Source: a virus (taxonomy: Duplodnaviria; Heunggongvirae; Uroviricota; Caudoviricetes). Taken from it: a DNA stretch of 64,000 nucleotides. How positions within the stretch are numbered: the first letter of the stretch is position 1; the number at the start of each line of letters is the position of its first letter. Made by a program: the position numbers and the translations under genes. Location of the stretch: positions 64,001-128,000 of the IMG/VR virus record IMGVR_UViG_2799112330_000002; one strand, given 5' to 3'. The notes under the pieces are model-generated. The model was given only the letters and a program-made list of their open reading frames with translations. It made no database searches and had not been told where the DNA came from. Below are positions 1 through 9,947 of this stretch, one piece after another.

Positions 1-1266
1 AACAAGTCAAGTTTTTCTAGAAAAACAAGCATTATGGAAGCTAGAAGAAAAAAAGATGAGTCTGATGTAAAGCAGGAAGATGTAGAAGGATTGTCTGCTG
101 AAGAAAACGGCTCAGAAGGAAAATGGGCAGTTGAGCCACCAACAGATGATGATCTATTAAAAGGTATTGATAGAGAAACTCTTACAAAGAACAAGAAACG
201 TATATTATTACGTATGAAAGCTAACAAACCATTCTTTGTTGAAGGTAGAGCTGGTTGGGGTAAGACAAGTATCATTACAAAGTTAGCTCATCAATGTAAA
301 CGTACAGTAATTACAGTATATCTTGATAAGATTCCACCTGAGGATCTTGGTGGTACTCCTGTTCCATTCAAATCAAAGAAGGGTGGTGACTATGTAAAGA
401 CACTTATGCCAGGATGGGCAGTAATTATGTATGATAATCCTGATACAGATTACTTATTGTTCTTTGATGAAATGAATCAGGCAGATCCTCAAGTAATGAA
501 TGCATTGATGCCTATTGTATTGAAGAATGTAATTTGCGGTGTTCAATTCAAGAACTTCATCGTTGGTGGTGCTGGTAACCTCGAAGATGAAAACCAGGGC
601 GGTGTAAACCAACTTTCAAAACCATTGAGATCTCGTTTTGGTGGTATTATTAAATGGGAAGATGGTGACTGGGCAAGTTCATTTGACTTCCTTCATAAGA
701 AATGGGACGCAAAACTAGGCCGTAAATTTGTTGACAGAATTCAAGACAACTGTGAATGCTTTGATAACCCTAGAGATATTGACAATCATATTATTGACAC
801 TATTGCAAATATCAAAGCAGGTAAAGAAGATGCAGATATCTTTGATGCTTCTGACTGGTTAGACCAATTGAATGACTTGGCAAAAGAAGATCTATCACAC
901 ACTCAAGAACATAATCTTGAAGAATTGGCAGACTACATCTACAATTATGTAAATGGAAATGAAGATGAAGATGATGATAGAACAGGTTCAAGTAAAGACA
1001 TCAATATGGTAGATGAAAAGGTAATTGCATTTATCAAGAAAATTATGACTAGAGGATGGGTAGAAGATCCACATAGCCCACAGAAGAAGTATGGTGTATC
1101 TAGAGAGAACCTGAAGGGAATAGCTGAAGAACTTCTTCCAAATGGTGAGTTAGTTGAAATCATTCTCGATAAGTTAGAAGCTGAAGGTGCTAAGTTCAAA
1201 TATGAAACAAATGCAGAATGGAAGAAAGCTAATCCTAAGTTATTAGACCCTGATGCAGAAGATTAA
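1..1266 (+). CDS. MoxR-like AAA+ ATPase; frame is open to the window edge, so the true start may lie upstream of the ATG at 34
   Basis: Walker A GRAGWGKTS, Walker B LLFFDEMN, EDLGG motif, LSKPLRSRF arginine-finger region; near a vWA/HExxH gene. Confidence 0.85.
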   Translation, partial: NKSSFSRKTSIMEARRKKDESDVKQEDVEGLSAEENGSEGKWAVEPPTDDDLLKGIDRETLTKNKKRILLRMKANKPFFVEGRAGWGKTSIITKLAHQCKRTVITVYLDKIPPEDLGGTPVPFKSKKGGDYVKTLMPGWAVIMYDNPDTDYLLFFDEMNQADPQVMNALMPIVLKNVICGVQFKNFIVGGAGNLEDENQGGVNQLSKPLRSRFGGIIKWEDGDWASSFDFLHKKWDAKLGRKFVDRIQDNCECFDNPRDIDNHIIDTIANIKAGKEDADIFDASDWLDQLNDLAKEDLSHTQEHNLEELADYIYNYVNGNEDEDDDRTGSSKDINMVDEKVIAFIKKIMTRGWVEDPHSPQKKYGVSRENLKGIAEELLPNGELVEIILDKLEAEGAKFKYETNAEWKKANPKLLDPDAED

Positions 1267-1324
1267 ATAATATCTAATAAATGACTATTATATTTATATA
1301 AATTAATTTATAAAACAAATAGCT

Positions 1325-1642
1325 ATGTTAATAAAACCAAGAAACATATTACAATTTGATAATGATGATGAGTTTGACAGATATTGCATTGTCCCTAAAC
1401 TTGTCAAGAAATCATATGTAAAGAAGGATGGAAGTAATAGTGATTATATAGATTTTGACTTTACTCCTGAATATGAAGATTCTGTAAAGAACAATGATGC
1501 GTTCATTATTTTAGACAGAGATTCAGCAACTCTAAGAAGAAAATGTGTATCATATAGAACAATTGCAAAGAAAGTAAAGAATCTATATCCTTGGTATTAT
1601 GAAAAGATCTTTAATAAAAACAAAAAGGTAAAGACAATTTAA
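1325..1642 (+). CDS. hypothetical protein
   Basis: 105-aa ORF tightly packed between the AAA+ and vWA genes. Confidence 0.6.
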   Translation: MLIKPRNILQFDNDDEFDRYCIVPKLVKKSYVKKDGSNSDYIDFDFTPEYEDSVKNNDAFIILDRDSATLRRKCVSYRTIAKKVKNLYPWYYEKIFNKNKKVKTI

Positions 1643-1643
1643 T

Positions 1644-3899
1644 ATGATAGAAATAAAAAGTACAATACTTAATTCAAAGAGTTTACGACATGTCAAGGAT
1701 AGTCTTATTGAAATATCCGAAATTGATCATGAAGAAACTTTCCGTGTAAAGGCTCTTGAATATATTAATTTTAGTTCATTGGAACAGGATGACCGATATT
1801 TCTATGATATGATGGAGTTTGTTCGCTTTCTAGATCCATCTTCAGACGCAATTGCTTATACTACACCAGAACATCTTATATATCTTAATGCTCCTAATAA
1901 TAAAATTGATAAGAATGTCAGATATTGGGAATTCATATTTGATCATGAATGCTTGCACCAGTTATGGGATACTTTTGGTGTAGAAAAGAAGATTAAAGAA
2001 TCTGGGGCAGTATTTGATCATTATATATTGAATGTAGCATCTGATTGTGTCATTAATGACTATTTGGCAAACATTAGAAAGAAAGCTTTGCCAAATGGTG
2101 GATTGATAACACCTGATCTTATATATAAAGAGACAGGAGTTGTATATGATAGAAAAAAGGATACACAGTTCTCATTATATATGAAATTGATAGCACAGAA
2201 AGATAAGGTGGACAAAAGTAATGCTCTTAAGAAAGCAGAAGAATTTGAAGGTAAATTGACTCCTAAATCAGTTCAAAAACAGCAGGTACCACCAGGTCCT
2301 CCACCTCCTCCAGGTGGCAAATTTTCAGATGAATATATTCAGGGAAGAATAGATGGTATACAAGATGTATTAGACAAGAAAGTTGATCCACATAAATTTA
2401 CACCAAAGACACCAGAAGATGATGATTACAATAAAGGTTATAATGATGTTATTGCAGAGATCAAAGAGGGATTAGACAAAGGAATCACATTACCCGATAG
2501 CCCAAGCGGAGGTGGAGGTGGTGATGATAATGGTCTACCACAAGTTCCATGGGATATTCCACAAGATCAGAAACAAAGTGGTCAATCTGATGGAGAAGGA
2601 GCTCAGCAAAATGGAGAAGGAGCTCAGCAAAATGATAGTATACCAAATAATGCTGAAGGTGCTCAAGATGCTGCTGATCAAGCTAAAGATGCCGCTGATA
2701 AAGCTCAGGATGCTGCTGATAAAGCCCAAGAAAATGCAGAAAAGGCTGAAAAGCAAGCAAAGTCTTCAGGTAAGCAAGAAGATAAAGAGACATTAGAAAA
2801 AGCTAAGAAGATAGCTGATCAAGCAAAGAAGGCAGCAAAAGAAGCTAAAGAAGCTGCAGATAAAGCTCAAAAGGCCGCAGACAAAGCTAAGGATGCTGCT
2901 GGAAATGATGGTAAAGACAAAAAGGATGCTAAAGGAAAAGATGGTACATCATCAAAAGAGTCAGATGCTGCAAAAGAAGCAAAAGATCAAATGCAGAAAG
3001 CTAAAGATGCTCAAGCAACAGCAGAAGCATGTAGTAAAGGCCAAGATCCAAGTAACCAAAAAAATAACAATTCATCACAAGGTGCTGGTAAAGGTCATAT
3101 AGCTCCAACTTTGTCAGATGCTGATCTTGAAGAAATAAGAGCAAAAGCTGCTAAGATCATTGAAAAGTATAAGAACAAAATATCTGGAGAATTTGGTAAG
3201 TTCATTTCAAAATGTCGTTCAAGCTTTACAATGAAAAAAGAAGGTCTTGTTGCCCAGATCAGTAAAGGAACAATGTGGAACAAACAAATGAACTCTATTT
3301 TACTTGGATATATCAAACAAAAGGTATTAATGAAGAAGAGACAATATGAGCCATCCTTCAAACGAGTAAAGAGAGGAACAGGATTTGTGAACTATGGAGA
3401 TCCATTACGTAAGGGAAAGATTCGTAAAGATGACAAACTATTGATAAATGGTGCTTTCTATGCTGATAGATCAGGAAGTATGGGTGGTACAATCAAGAAT
3501 GTTGTAAAAGCTATCTATGCAATTAGTGAATCATTGAAGAAATTGTTCGGTGGTGAAAGAGTTGTTGAAGATACAGTATTCAAATTGTATGCATTTGATG
3601 ACTATATGAAAGAAATTCCATGGGGTAAGTCATTCACTGATGGTGGTGGTACAATGCCATTTGATGAATTATTAGGAAAGATAATGGATCAGGATGAACA
3701 ATATCTATTCAATATTGTCATAACAGATGCAGAATTCCCTAGTATCAATAGAGCAAAAGTAAATCAATTCTTGAAGGATATCCCAGGAATAGTAATATTC
3801 ATCACTAATCATGACAATGATATAATGAAAGAAATTTCTAAAGATCATCCAACAAAACTTTTCTATATTTTGGCAGATTCTAATTTTGAAATTGAATAA
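1644..3899 (+). CDS. HExxH metallopeptidase-like domain + Ala/Lys-rich coiled-coil linker + vWA domain (DUF2201-like MoxR partner)
   Basis: DHECLHQ zinc motif and NVASDCVIN; low-complexity P/G/Q and AxDAA repeats; MIDAS DRSGS, GGGT, ITD. Confidence 0.8.
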   Translation: MIEIKSTILNSKSLRHVKDSLIEISEIDHEETFRVKALEYINFSSLEQDDRYFYDMMEFVRFLDPSSDAIAYTTPEHLIYLNAPNNKIDKNVRYWEFIFDHECLHQLWDTFGVEKKIKESGAVFDHYILNVASDCVINDYLANIRKKALPNGGLITPDLIYKETGVVYDRKKDTQFSLYMKLIAQKDKVDKSNALKKAEEFEGKLTPKSVQKQQVPPGPPPPPGGKFSDEYIQGRIDGIQDVLDKKVDPHKFTPKTPEDDDYNKGYNDVIAEIKEGLDKGITLPDSPSGGGGGDDNGLPQVPWDIPQDQKQSGQSDGEGAQQNGEGAQQNDSIPNNAEGAQDAADQAKDAADKAQDAADKAQENAEKAEKQAKSSGKQEDKETLEKAKKIADQAKKAAKEAKEAADKAQKAADKAKDAAGNDGKDKKDAKGKDGTSSKESDAAKEAKDQMQKAKDAQATAEACSKGQDPSNQKNNNSSQGAGKGHIAPTLSDADLEEIRAKAAKIIEKYKNKISGEFGKFISKCRSSFTMKKEGLVAQISKGTMWNKQMNSILLGYIKQKVLMKKRQYEPSFKRVKRGTGFVNYGDPLRKGKIRKDDKLLINGAFYADRSGSMGGTIKNVVKAIYAISESLKKLFGGERVVEDTVFKLYAFDDYMKEIPWGKSFTDGGGTMPFDELLGKIMDQDEQYLFNIVITDAEFPSINRAKVNQFLKDIPGIVIFITNHDNDIMKEISKDHPTKLFYILADSNFEIE
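2590..2631 (+). repeat. 21-bp tandem duplication (ATGGAGAAGGAGCTCAGCAAA x2) in the linker
   Basis: two adjacent exact copies encoding GEGAQQN twice. Confidence 0.9.
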
Positions 3900-3928
3900 A
3901 GTAATACATAAAAATTAAATAACCTAAT

Positions 3929-3963
3929 AAAAAGATCTATATTTTATATATAGGTCTTTTTTT
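3929..3963 (+). terminator. intrinsic terminator
   Basis: AAAAGATCTATA...TATAGGTCTTTT stem followed by a T-run after the vWA gene. Confidence 0.65.
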
Positions 3964-3995
3964 ATTTTTATATATAAAGTTATGATTATAATAAT

Positions 3996-4745
3996 ATGAT
4001 AACATTAAGAGAATATATATTAGAAGAGAAAATTCTGAATAAAGACAATGTATTTGTTTGGAATTATGCTCAATTTGATAAATGGGATGAGACAAAAGTA
4101 CTTGCGGAACTTAAAGAACAACTTGTCAAATTCCAGTTATCTTGTATTGTTACTATGGTAGGTGCAGCAAATGACAAAATGGAAAAAGATGAAAAAGAAT
4201 ATCCAGAAAAACTACGTAATGCTGCTATCAAAGCATCCAAAGAATACAAGTCATTTGAAAAGATGAATGATGAGAAAAAAGAACAATGGATTCTCAATAA
4301 GATAGAAGAAATCAAGAAGAATGCTGAGTATCTTACAAAGGACAATGGTAGATATAAGCATTTAGCTAAGAATTCTACAAAGGTTCCATTAATAGTTCCA
4401 CCAACAAAAATAGATACAACAACAATTGGTATTGATAATTTCAGAATACTAGTACGTAATGACATATATTCACAGCATTCTTCACAATTAATACATTGGG
4501 ATTCTACAGATATGGATCAATTGGCTAAATCAATATTCAAAGCTTTTCCTGATGACAATGAATTCAAAGATCATTTTAGAGGATTTGCGATATATACTGA
4601 TCAAAAGAACATAACTAGTTTTAATGCAATAAACATTACTTTTATGTTTGATGAAGAATTTGAAAACCAATTAGATAAATCTGTTAATCAATTTGCTGAT
4701 TTTATGCATCAAGAATATCAATCTGGAAGATATATGGGAGATTAA
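3996..4745 (+). CDS. putative internal head protein, leader MITLREYILE
   Basis: shared capsid-targeting-like N-terminal leader; cargo unrecognised. Confidence 0.7.
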   Translation: MITLREYILEEKILNKDNVFVWNYAQFDKWDETKVLAELKEQLVKFQLSCIVTMVGAANDKMEKDEKEYPEKLRNAAIKASKEYKSFEKMNDEKKEQWILNKIEEIKKNAEYLTKDNGRYKHLAKNSTKVPLIVPPTKIDTTTIGIDNFRILVRNDIYSQHSSQLIHWDSTDMDQLAKSIFKAFPDDNEFKDHFRGFAIYTDQKNITSFNAINITFMFDEEFENQLDKSVNQFADFMHQEYQSGRYMGD

Positions 4746-4776
4746 ATAAATTCATACTAGATAAAGAAGAAAATAA

Positions 4777-5610
4777 ATGAAAAGGTTGATAGATTATATT
4801 TGTGAATTAAGAGATGAAACATACTTTAAAGTTGCCCGTAAAAGAAATGAACAAGGCAAAGATATATCTGATATAATTTCGCATGCTAATGAAAGAATAA
4901 CTAAAGATTTTATCAAGGAATTGACATCATCAGATTGGTATAAAACATATGTAAAGAAAATAGAATACTCAGATGATTCATCAACTATTAAACTATTGTT
5001 GTCAGAACAAATGAGAGATGAATATGGGGCTGATCCAAAGTATGAAAATGAAAGACAGGAAATGTATGATAATCTTAAAACCCTTGCAAGAAAATATGGG
5101 CGTTTAATTCATGGATTACGATTTATGAACTGTTATGCAAATGAAGAACCAACTATTCTATTCTATTTGTTAGATAGAAAAAAATATTTGAAAGATATCA
5201 ATAAAGATACTATACTATATCATGTTACTTCAAAATTAGAAAATGCAAACAAAATTATTGAAAATGGAATTATAGTTAGTCAGCCGATTTTTACAACGTA
5301 TACATATAAATGTGTATTCGCATTCAAATCTAAAAGATTTATTGATATGTTTAGTAAAAAATTCTTAAAAAAGAAACAATATTATGTAATAGAATTCAAG
5401 GCTGGTGATAATATATATTTTGATGATTGGATGCTAAATAGTGAATTAATAACAGAATTACAATATAAATCACCTGGTGGCAATATGGATTCAATAAGAA
5501 AACGTGCATCACAAGCCATATTTACATTATCTAATATTGATAAAGAACAAATAGTTTCAGTAACAGAAATCAATGGTAAAAATAATAATGTAATATATTC
5601 AAAAGACTAA
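4777..5610 (+). CDS. putative internal head protein, leader MKRLIDYICE; possible ADP-ribosyltransferase-like C-terminal domain
   Basis: leader; LYHVTS...IIENGI...VFAF pattern. Confidence 0.6.
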   Translation: MKRLIDYICELRDETYFKVARKRNEQGKDISDIISHANERITKDFIKELTSSDWYKTYVKKIEYSDDSSTIKLLLSEQMRDEYGADPKYENERQEMYDNLKTLARKYGRLIHGLRFMNCYANEEPTILFYLLDRKKYLKDINKDTILYHVTSKLENANKIIENGIIVSQPIFTTYTYKCVFAFKSKRFIDMFSKKFLKKKQYYVIEFKAGDNIYFDDWMLNSELITELQYKSPGGNMDSIRKRASQAIFTLSNIDKEQIVSVTEINGKNNNVIYSKD

Positions 5611-5612
5611 TT

Positions 5613-5804
5613 ATGAAATCATTAAGACAATATCTAACCGAGGATTTACATGATGTTATTGTTAAAGTAGGAGACTACTGGAGAATAAAGGGACATGCTG
5701 GCAAGGGAACAAACACTCCTAAACGTGGATATTGGAAAGCTAAATATAAGACAAGAGAAAAAGCTGAAAATGCTTTGAAAGCATATTTTGCTAATAAAGG
5801 ATAA
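5613..5804 (+). CDS. small basic putative internal head protein, leader MKSLRQYLTE
   Basis: leader; Lys/Arg-rich, KTREKAENAL. Confidence 0.7.
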   Translation: MKSLRQYLTEDLHDVIVKVGDYWRIKGHAGKGTNTPKRGYWKAKYKTREKAENALKAYFANKG

Positions 5805-5828
5805 AAAATAAATAAAGAATATAAACTT

Positions 5829-6281
5829 ATGAAATCCTTAAATAATTATATAAATGAATCATTAGGTTATTATAAAACTTTATCAAATTTCTTAGAAACA
5901 TTTTGGTCTGAAGAAGATTGGTATGATGACATAAATGGAGCATTAGATGATAATGATGAACAAACTAGATTAAATTTAATTGATAACGGATATTGTTTGA
6001 CTGTATGTAATTGTGTATCATTTTTAGAAGACGAACCATTTTATGATGATGTTGAATATTACTTATTAGATGATGGTGGTTCAAGTTATCATTTCTTTAT
6101 GAAATATAAAGATCTTTATTATGATGCTTATAATTATAAAGGAGTAAAAAAATTATCAGATTTACAATTTTGCAAAAAATATATGAAAGGCAAATCTGAA
6201 GAATATTTAAATAAAAATTTAACTTTAGTAGGAAAAGGTGCCGATTTTAATTATGAAAAAGCACAAAGTTATATAAAATAA
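5829..6281 (+). CDS. putative internal head protein, leader MKSLNNYINE; possible papain/transglutaminase-like fold
   Basis: leader; GYC...HFFMKYKDLYYDA (C-H-D). Confidence 0.6.
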   Translation: MKSLNNYINESLGYYKTLSNFLETFWSEEDWYDDINGALDDNDEQTRLNLIDNGYCLTVCNCVSFLEDEPFYDDVEYYLLDDGGSSYHFFMKYKDLYYDAYNYKGVKKLSDLQFCKKYMKGKSEEYLNKNLTLVGKGADFNYEKAQSYIK

Positions 6282-6308
6282 TAAAAAAACATTCCTAAAA
6301 CATAAACC

Positions 6309-6758
6309 ATGAAGAATATTACTGAATATATAATAGAAGCTGCAAAATTCAATTATTGGGAAGATGTTATTGGATTTCCAGGCTATGAATTGAAAGTTCC
6401 TAAAAAATATATAAAGCCAATTAATAATACTAAATATTATCAAGCAGAATTTTTAGAAAAATATTTTGGTTGGCTTAACCAATGGATTGATAAGAATATT
6501 AAAAAGATAGTTCAAATAGTAACTAAAGAAAATAAAGATTTTCCAAAAGAAATTTCAATTAAGTTGCCAAGTGAATTAGGCGGTAGTTTACAATTGGACT
6601 GGGACTGCGGATGGACGGATAATATACCTCATGGTTCTGTTCGTGATGTTGAATTAAAAGTAAACAACGTTTCTCCATCATCAATGAGTCATAGTTCATT
6701 CTATCAAGCTCAAGAAGATTTAACTAGTTTTAAATTAATTAATGAAATTAAATTTTAA
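6309..6758 (+). CDS. putative internal head protein, leader MKNITEYIIE
   Basis: leader. Confidence 0.7.
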   Translation: MKNITEYIIEAAKFNYWEDVIGFPGYELKVPKKYIKPINNTKYYQAEFLEKYFGWLNQWIDKNIKKIVQIVTKENKDFPKEISIKLPSELGGSLQLDWDCGWTDNIPHGSVRDVELKVNNVSPSSMSHSSFYQAQEDLTSFKLINEIKF

Positions 6759-6777
6759 AATACATAAAATATAATAT

Positions 6778-7422
6778 ATGAAATCATTAATACAATACAT
6801 AACAGAACGAGTAAAAGATCTACCAAAGTCTATTACAGGATTAATTGTTTTTGATATTGATGATACTTTATTGAAAAGTAATCCTGCAACAATTGGTATA
6901 TATAAGAAAGAACCAGGGAAACCTGAAAAACGATTGACAACTGAAGAATTCGCAAAAGATCCAGATGCTGGTGATCCATCAAAGAAATCATGGTTTGACT
7001 ATAGAGAATTCAATGATCCAGTAAAAGTATATAACTCAATCATATCAGGAACGCCATTGATTAGAAATCTTAGAATAATGGATGACTATATTGAAGCCGG
7101 CTATGAATTCTGTTTTCTTACTGCAAGAAGTTGTGAAGAGACAATAAAGAAAGCTTTGAATGATTTCCTTAAAGTAAAGAAGACTGATGGTGCATTACAG
7201 GAACTTGGTGATATATTTAATAAGACATTATCACATGCAATAAATGATTCTTCTAAACAATATCCAGGCAGTTCTGATGCAGAAAAGAAAGCAAATGTAT
7301 TAAGAAAGCTTTGTAGTAAATATGATAGAGTTGTATTTGTTGATGATGACAGAAAAAATGTTATAGCAGCAAGAGAACTTAATCTTCCAAATCTTAAAGT
7401 CATAAAAGCATGGGATAACTAA
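6778..7422 (+). CDS. HAD-superfamily phosphatase with leader MKSLIQYITE
   Basis: motif I FDIDDTL, motif II LTAR, motif III K (EKKA), motif IV FVDDDRKN. Confidence 0.85.
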   Translation: MKSLIQYITERVKDLPKSITGLIVFDIDDTLLKSNPATIGIYKKEPGKPEKRLTTEEFAKDPDAGDPSKKSWFDYREFNDPVKVYNSIISGTPLIRNLRIMDDYIEAGYEFCFLTARSCEETIKKALNDFLKVKKTDGALQELGDIFNKTLSHAINDSSKQYPGSSDAEKKANVLRKLCSKYDRVVFVDDDRKNVIAARELNLPNLKVIKAWDN

Positions 7423-7440
7423 ATAAGAAAATATGATAAT

Positions 7441-7507
7441 ATATTAAAATCAATACTAAAATGTTAGAAGATCTGTGTAAATACGTAGGTCTTCTTTTTT
7501 ATTTTTA
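7441..7507 (+). repeat. intergenic terminator+promoter module, copy 1 (copy 2 at 14970-15037)
   Basis: ATATTAAAATCAATACTAAAATG, AGAAGATCT...GGTCTTCT hairpin, T-run, TTATTTTTA. Confidence 0.8.
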
Positions 7508-7535
7508 TATATAAGAATAAATTTGTTATATAATT

Positions 7536-8804
7536 ATGAAGCGACTTAAAGATTATATTTTTGAAAGTACATCAGATTTTATATTATTAAAAACATTTGA
7601 AGATGCTAAACAATGGTTTGAAAATACTGGGTGGATTAAAAATAATGATGATTCTAAACTTAAAGAAAAAATGAAAATTTCTTTAAATGATATATTAACT
7701 ATTTATGATATAGCTGATGAACATAATAAAATAGCACCATTAGTTGGTAATTATAAATCTAAAAGAGTATTTGCTATGCGTAGATGGATTGATAATTATA
7801 TTGATGAATGGTCAAAAATATCAAAAAATTCAAATATTACAGATGATTGGTTTTGGACTCCTATAAAAGGAATTTACGGTGGTCCTCATAACACAAATCT
7901 TAAAGAAGATGGATCATTTCAACCTACAGCAGAAGATATGGAATCTGTAATTAGTTTTGCGTATAATCATTTATCTAATGAAGAATATGATGATTATGAA
8001 AATATGAATTATGTTTGTAATTCTTCTAAAAATAAACCTAATCAAAAAGTAGAAAATTTATTAAATTATTATCAAGATGAAAAAAGATTTATGGATGGAT
8101 GTGCAAATGCATTAATTAAATTTATAAATAATAAATCTTTAAAATTTCATAAATTATTAACTAATGGGAAAACTTGCACGGAATTATGGAAAAAATTAGG
8201 AACATATGAAGAAGCTAATGAAAAAGTAAATAATACACCTAAAACAGATATTATATCATCAGATAATCAATATAAAATATCATTAAAAAAAGCTCATGGA
8301 TCTCAACTAATGTCAGGAGCATATTGTGAAAGTAAAGCAACAATAATGAGTATTGCAAAAGACACACTTAATAATGATGATTTTAAATTATTAGAAGATT
8401 TATTAAATGTAGATAAAAAATGGGCAAAATTATCTGGTAATAATAAAGGTATTGCAAAACAAAAAATAAATGGTTCTGATGAAATTAAAAAAATAATTAA
8501 TGATTCTGAGAATGCTGCTAATGATGTTAATAAAATATTAAATAATTTATTAGATCATAATGAAGAATTTAAAAAGGCATTATTATATGAAGCAATGACA
8601 GGAGAAATTAAATTTGGGGAAGAATCATTATTAGCAGCTAATTATGTATTTGTTTGGTCAACCAAAGAAACTGAAAATAAATTATATACAGTTAAAGATT
8701 ATCTTACATATTTATTAAGTAATAAATGTAAATTAAAAATTGAAGTTTCTTGGAAAACTGGTGGATCTACTTCATATCAAACATTAAGAATTGTAACAAA
8801 TTAA
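7536..8804 (+). CDS. putative PD-(D/E)xK nuclease-like protein with leader MKRLKDYIFE
   Basis: leader; E...TPKTDII...ISLKK...QLMSG pattern. Confidence 0.6.
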   Translation: MKRLKDYIFESTSDFILLKTFEDAKQWFENTGWIKNNDDSKLKEKMKISLNDILTIYDIADEHNKIAPLVGNYKSKRVFAMRRWIDNYIDEWSKISKNSNITDDWFWTPIKGIYGGPHNTNLKEDGSFQPTAEDMESVISFAYNHLSNEEYDDYENMNYVCNSSKNKPNQKVENLLNYYQDEKRFMDGCANALIKFINNKSLKFHKLLTNGKTCTELWKKLGTYEEANEKVNNTPKTDIISSDNQYKISLKKAHGSQLMSGAYCESKATIMSIAKDTLNNDDFKLLEDLLNVDKKWAKLSGNNKGIAKQKINGSDEIKKIINDSENAANDVNKILNNLLDHNEEFKKALLYEAMTGEIKFGEESLLAANYVFVWSTKETENKLYTVKDYLTYLLSNKCKLKIEVSWKTGGSTSYQTLRIVTN

Positions 8805-8820
8805 ATAAGTAATATAAATT

Positions 8821-9924
8821 ATGTCAAAACAAAAATTAAATATAGCAATCGGTCGTTTTCAACCATTTACTCAAGGCCATTTGAACATGGTTAATGAAGG
8901 TGAAGGACCATGTATAGTATATAGAATCAATTCATCAAATAAGACTATTGAACGTAAGAAGAAAGGAATTAAGATTGGTAGTAAGTCTTGGACTGATGAA
9001 TCTGTAAATAAGGTTATAGCTTATATTGATAATCCAACAGGTGACTTAACTGAGCAAGAAAAGGAGCTTCTTAAACGTCCTTTCACAAATGAATTAATTG
9101 ACAAAGAACTTGAGTCAGTCAAGAAGGCTAATAAGAATATAATTGATGTTGTTCCTGTTACTCATGTTTATGATGCTTTAGGAAGATTTAATGCATTTCT
9201 TACTGAACATTCTGATGAATATGAACCAGGATATTGGATGTGTGGAGATGATCGTAAAGCTGACTTTGAAAGTAATATTGAAAAGATGGCTAAATATACA
9301 GATCTTGAAACAGAATTCAAATCGGGAAAAACATATCCAAATATTCTTATTGGAAAACTTAAAGTGAATACTGGCAAGGGGCGTACTGAAGGAGTTTCTG
9401 GAACAGCAGTTCGTAAATCTATTCTCAATAAAGACAAAGCTGCATTTGAAAAAATAATGCCTAAGGGCGCAGGATCTTTATTCAATGATTTCACTAAAGC
9501 ATTTGATGAATTTAAAGCTCAATTACAAAATATCATTAAAGAACATAAGATGATGACACTTAAAGAATATATTTTTGAAGCACAAAAAACTTGGCAAACA
9601 GAAATAATAGATATTGCTAAACAATATATTATTGAACCAAATAATGGAGAATATGATATATCAGATATTACAAAAATGATCAATACTAAAAAAATAGATG
9701 AATATTTAATTGGCTATTTATGTGAATATCTTGCTTATTCTGTAACAAATAGATATGGGGATGATTTAACTGTTGATGAAATTGTGGACAAAATGAAATC
9801 TCAATCACGAAAAGAAGCATATTTAAAATTGCAAAACTATGAAGATTCAGATAAAGAAATAACTGATTTGATAATTCAAGGATTACAAAAAGGATTAAGG
9901 AGAAATCCTAATTTTCCAGAATAA
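8821..9924 (+). CDS. cytidylyltransferase-like (HxGH nucleotidyltransferase) fused to a C-terminal module beginning with internal leader MMTLKEYIFE
   Basis: GRFQPFTQGH, CGDDR, VSGTAVR motifs; internal in-frame ATG at 9550. Confidence 0.8.
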   Translation: MSKQKLNIAIGRFQPFTQGHLNMVNEGEGPCIVYRINSSNKTIERKKKGIKIGSKSWTDESVNKVIAYIDNPTGDLTEQEKELLKRPFTNELIDKELESVKKANKNIIDVVPVTHVYDALGRFNAFLTEHSDEYEPGYWMCGDDRKADFESNIEKMAKYTDLETEFKSGKTYPNILIGKLKVNTGKGRTEGVSGTAVRKSILNKDKAAFEKIMPKGAGSLFNDFTKAFDEFKAQLQNIIKEHKMMTLKEYIFEAQKTWQTEIIDIAKQYIIEPNNGEYDISDITKMINTKKIDEYLIGYLCEYLAYSVTNRYGDDLTVDEIVDKMKSQSRKEAYLKLQNYEDSDKEITDLIIQGLQKGLRRNPNFPE

Positions 9925-9947
9925 AAAATATAATTAAAGAACATAAA

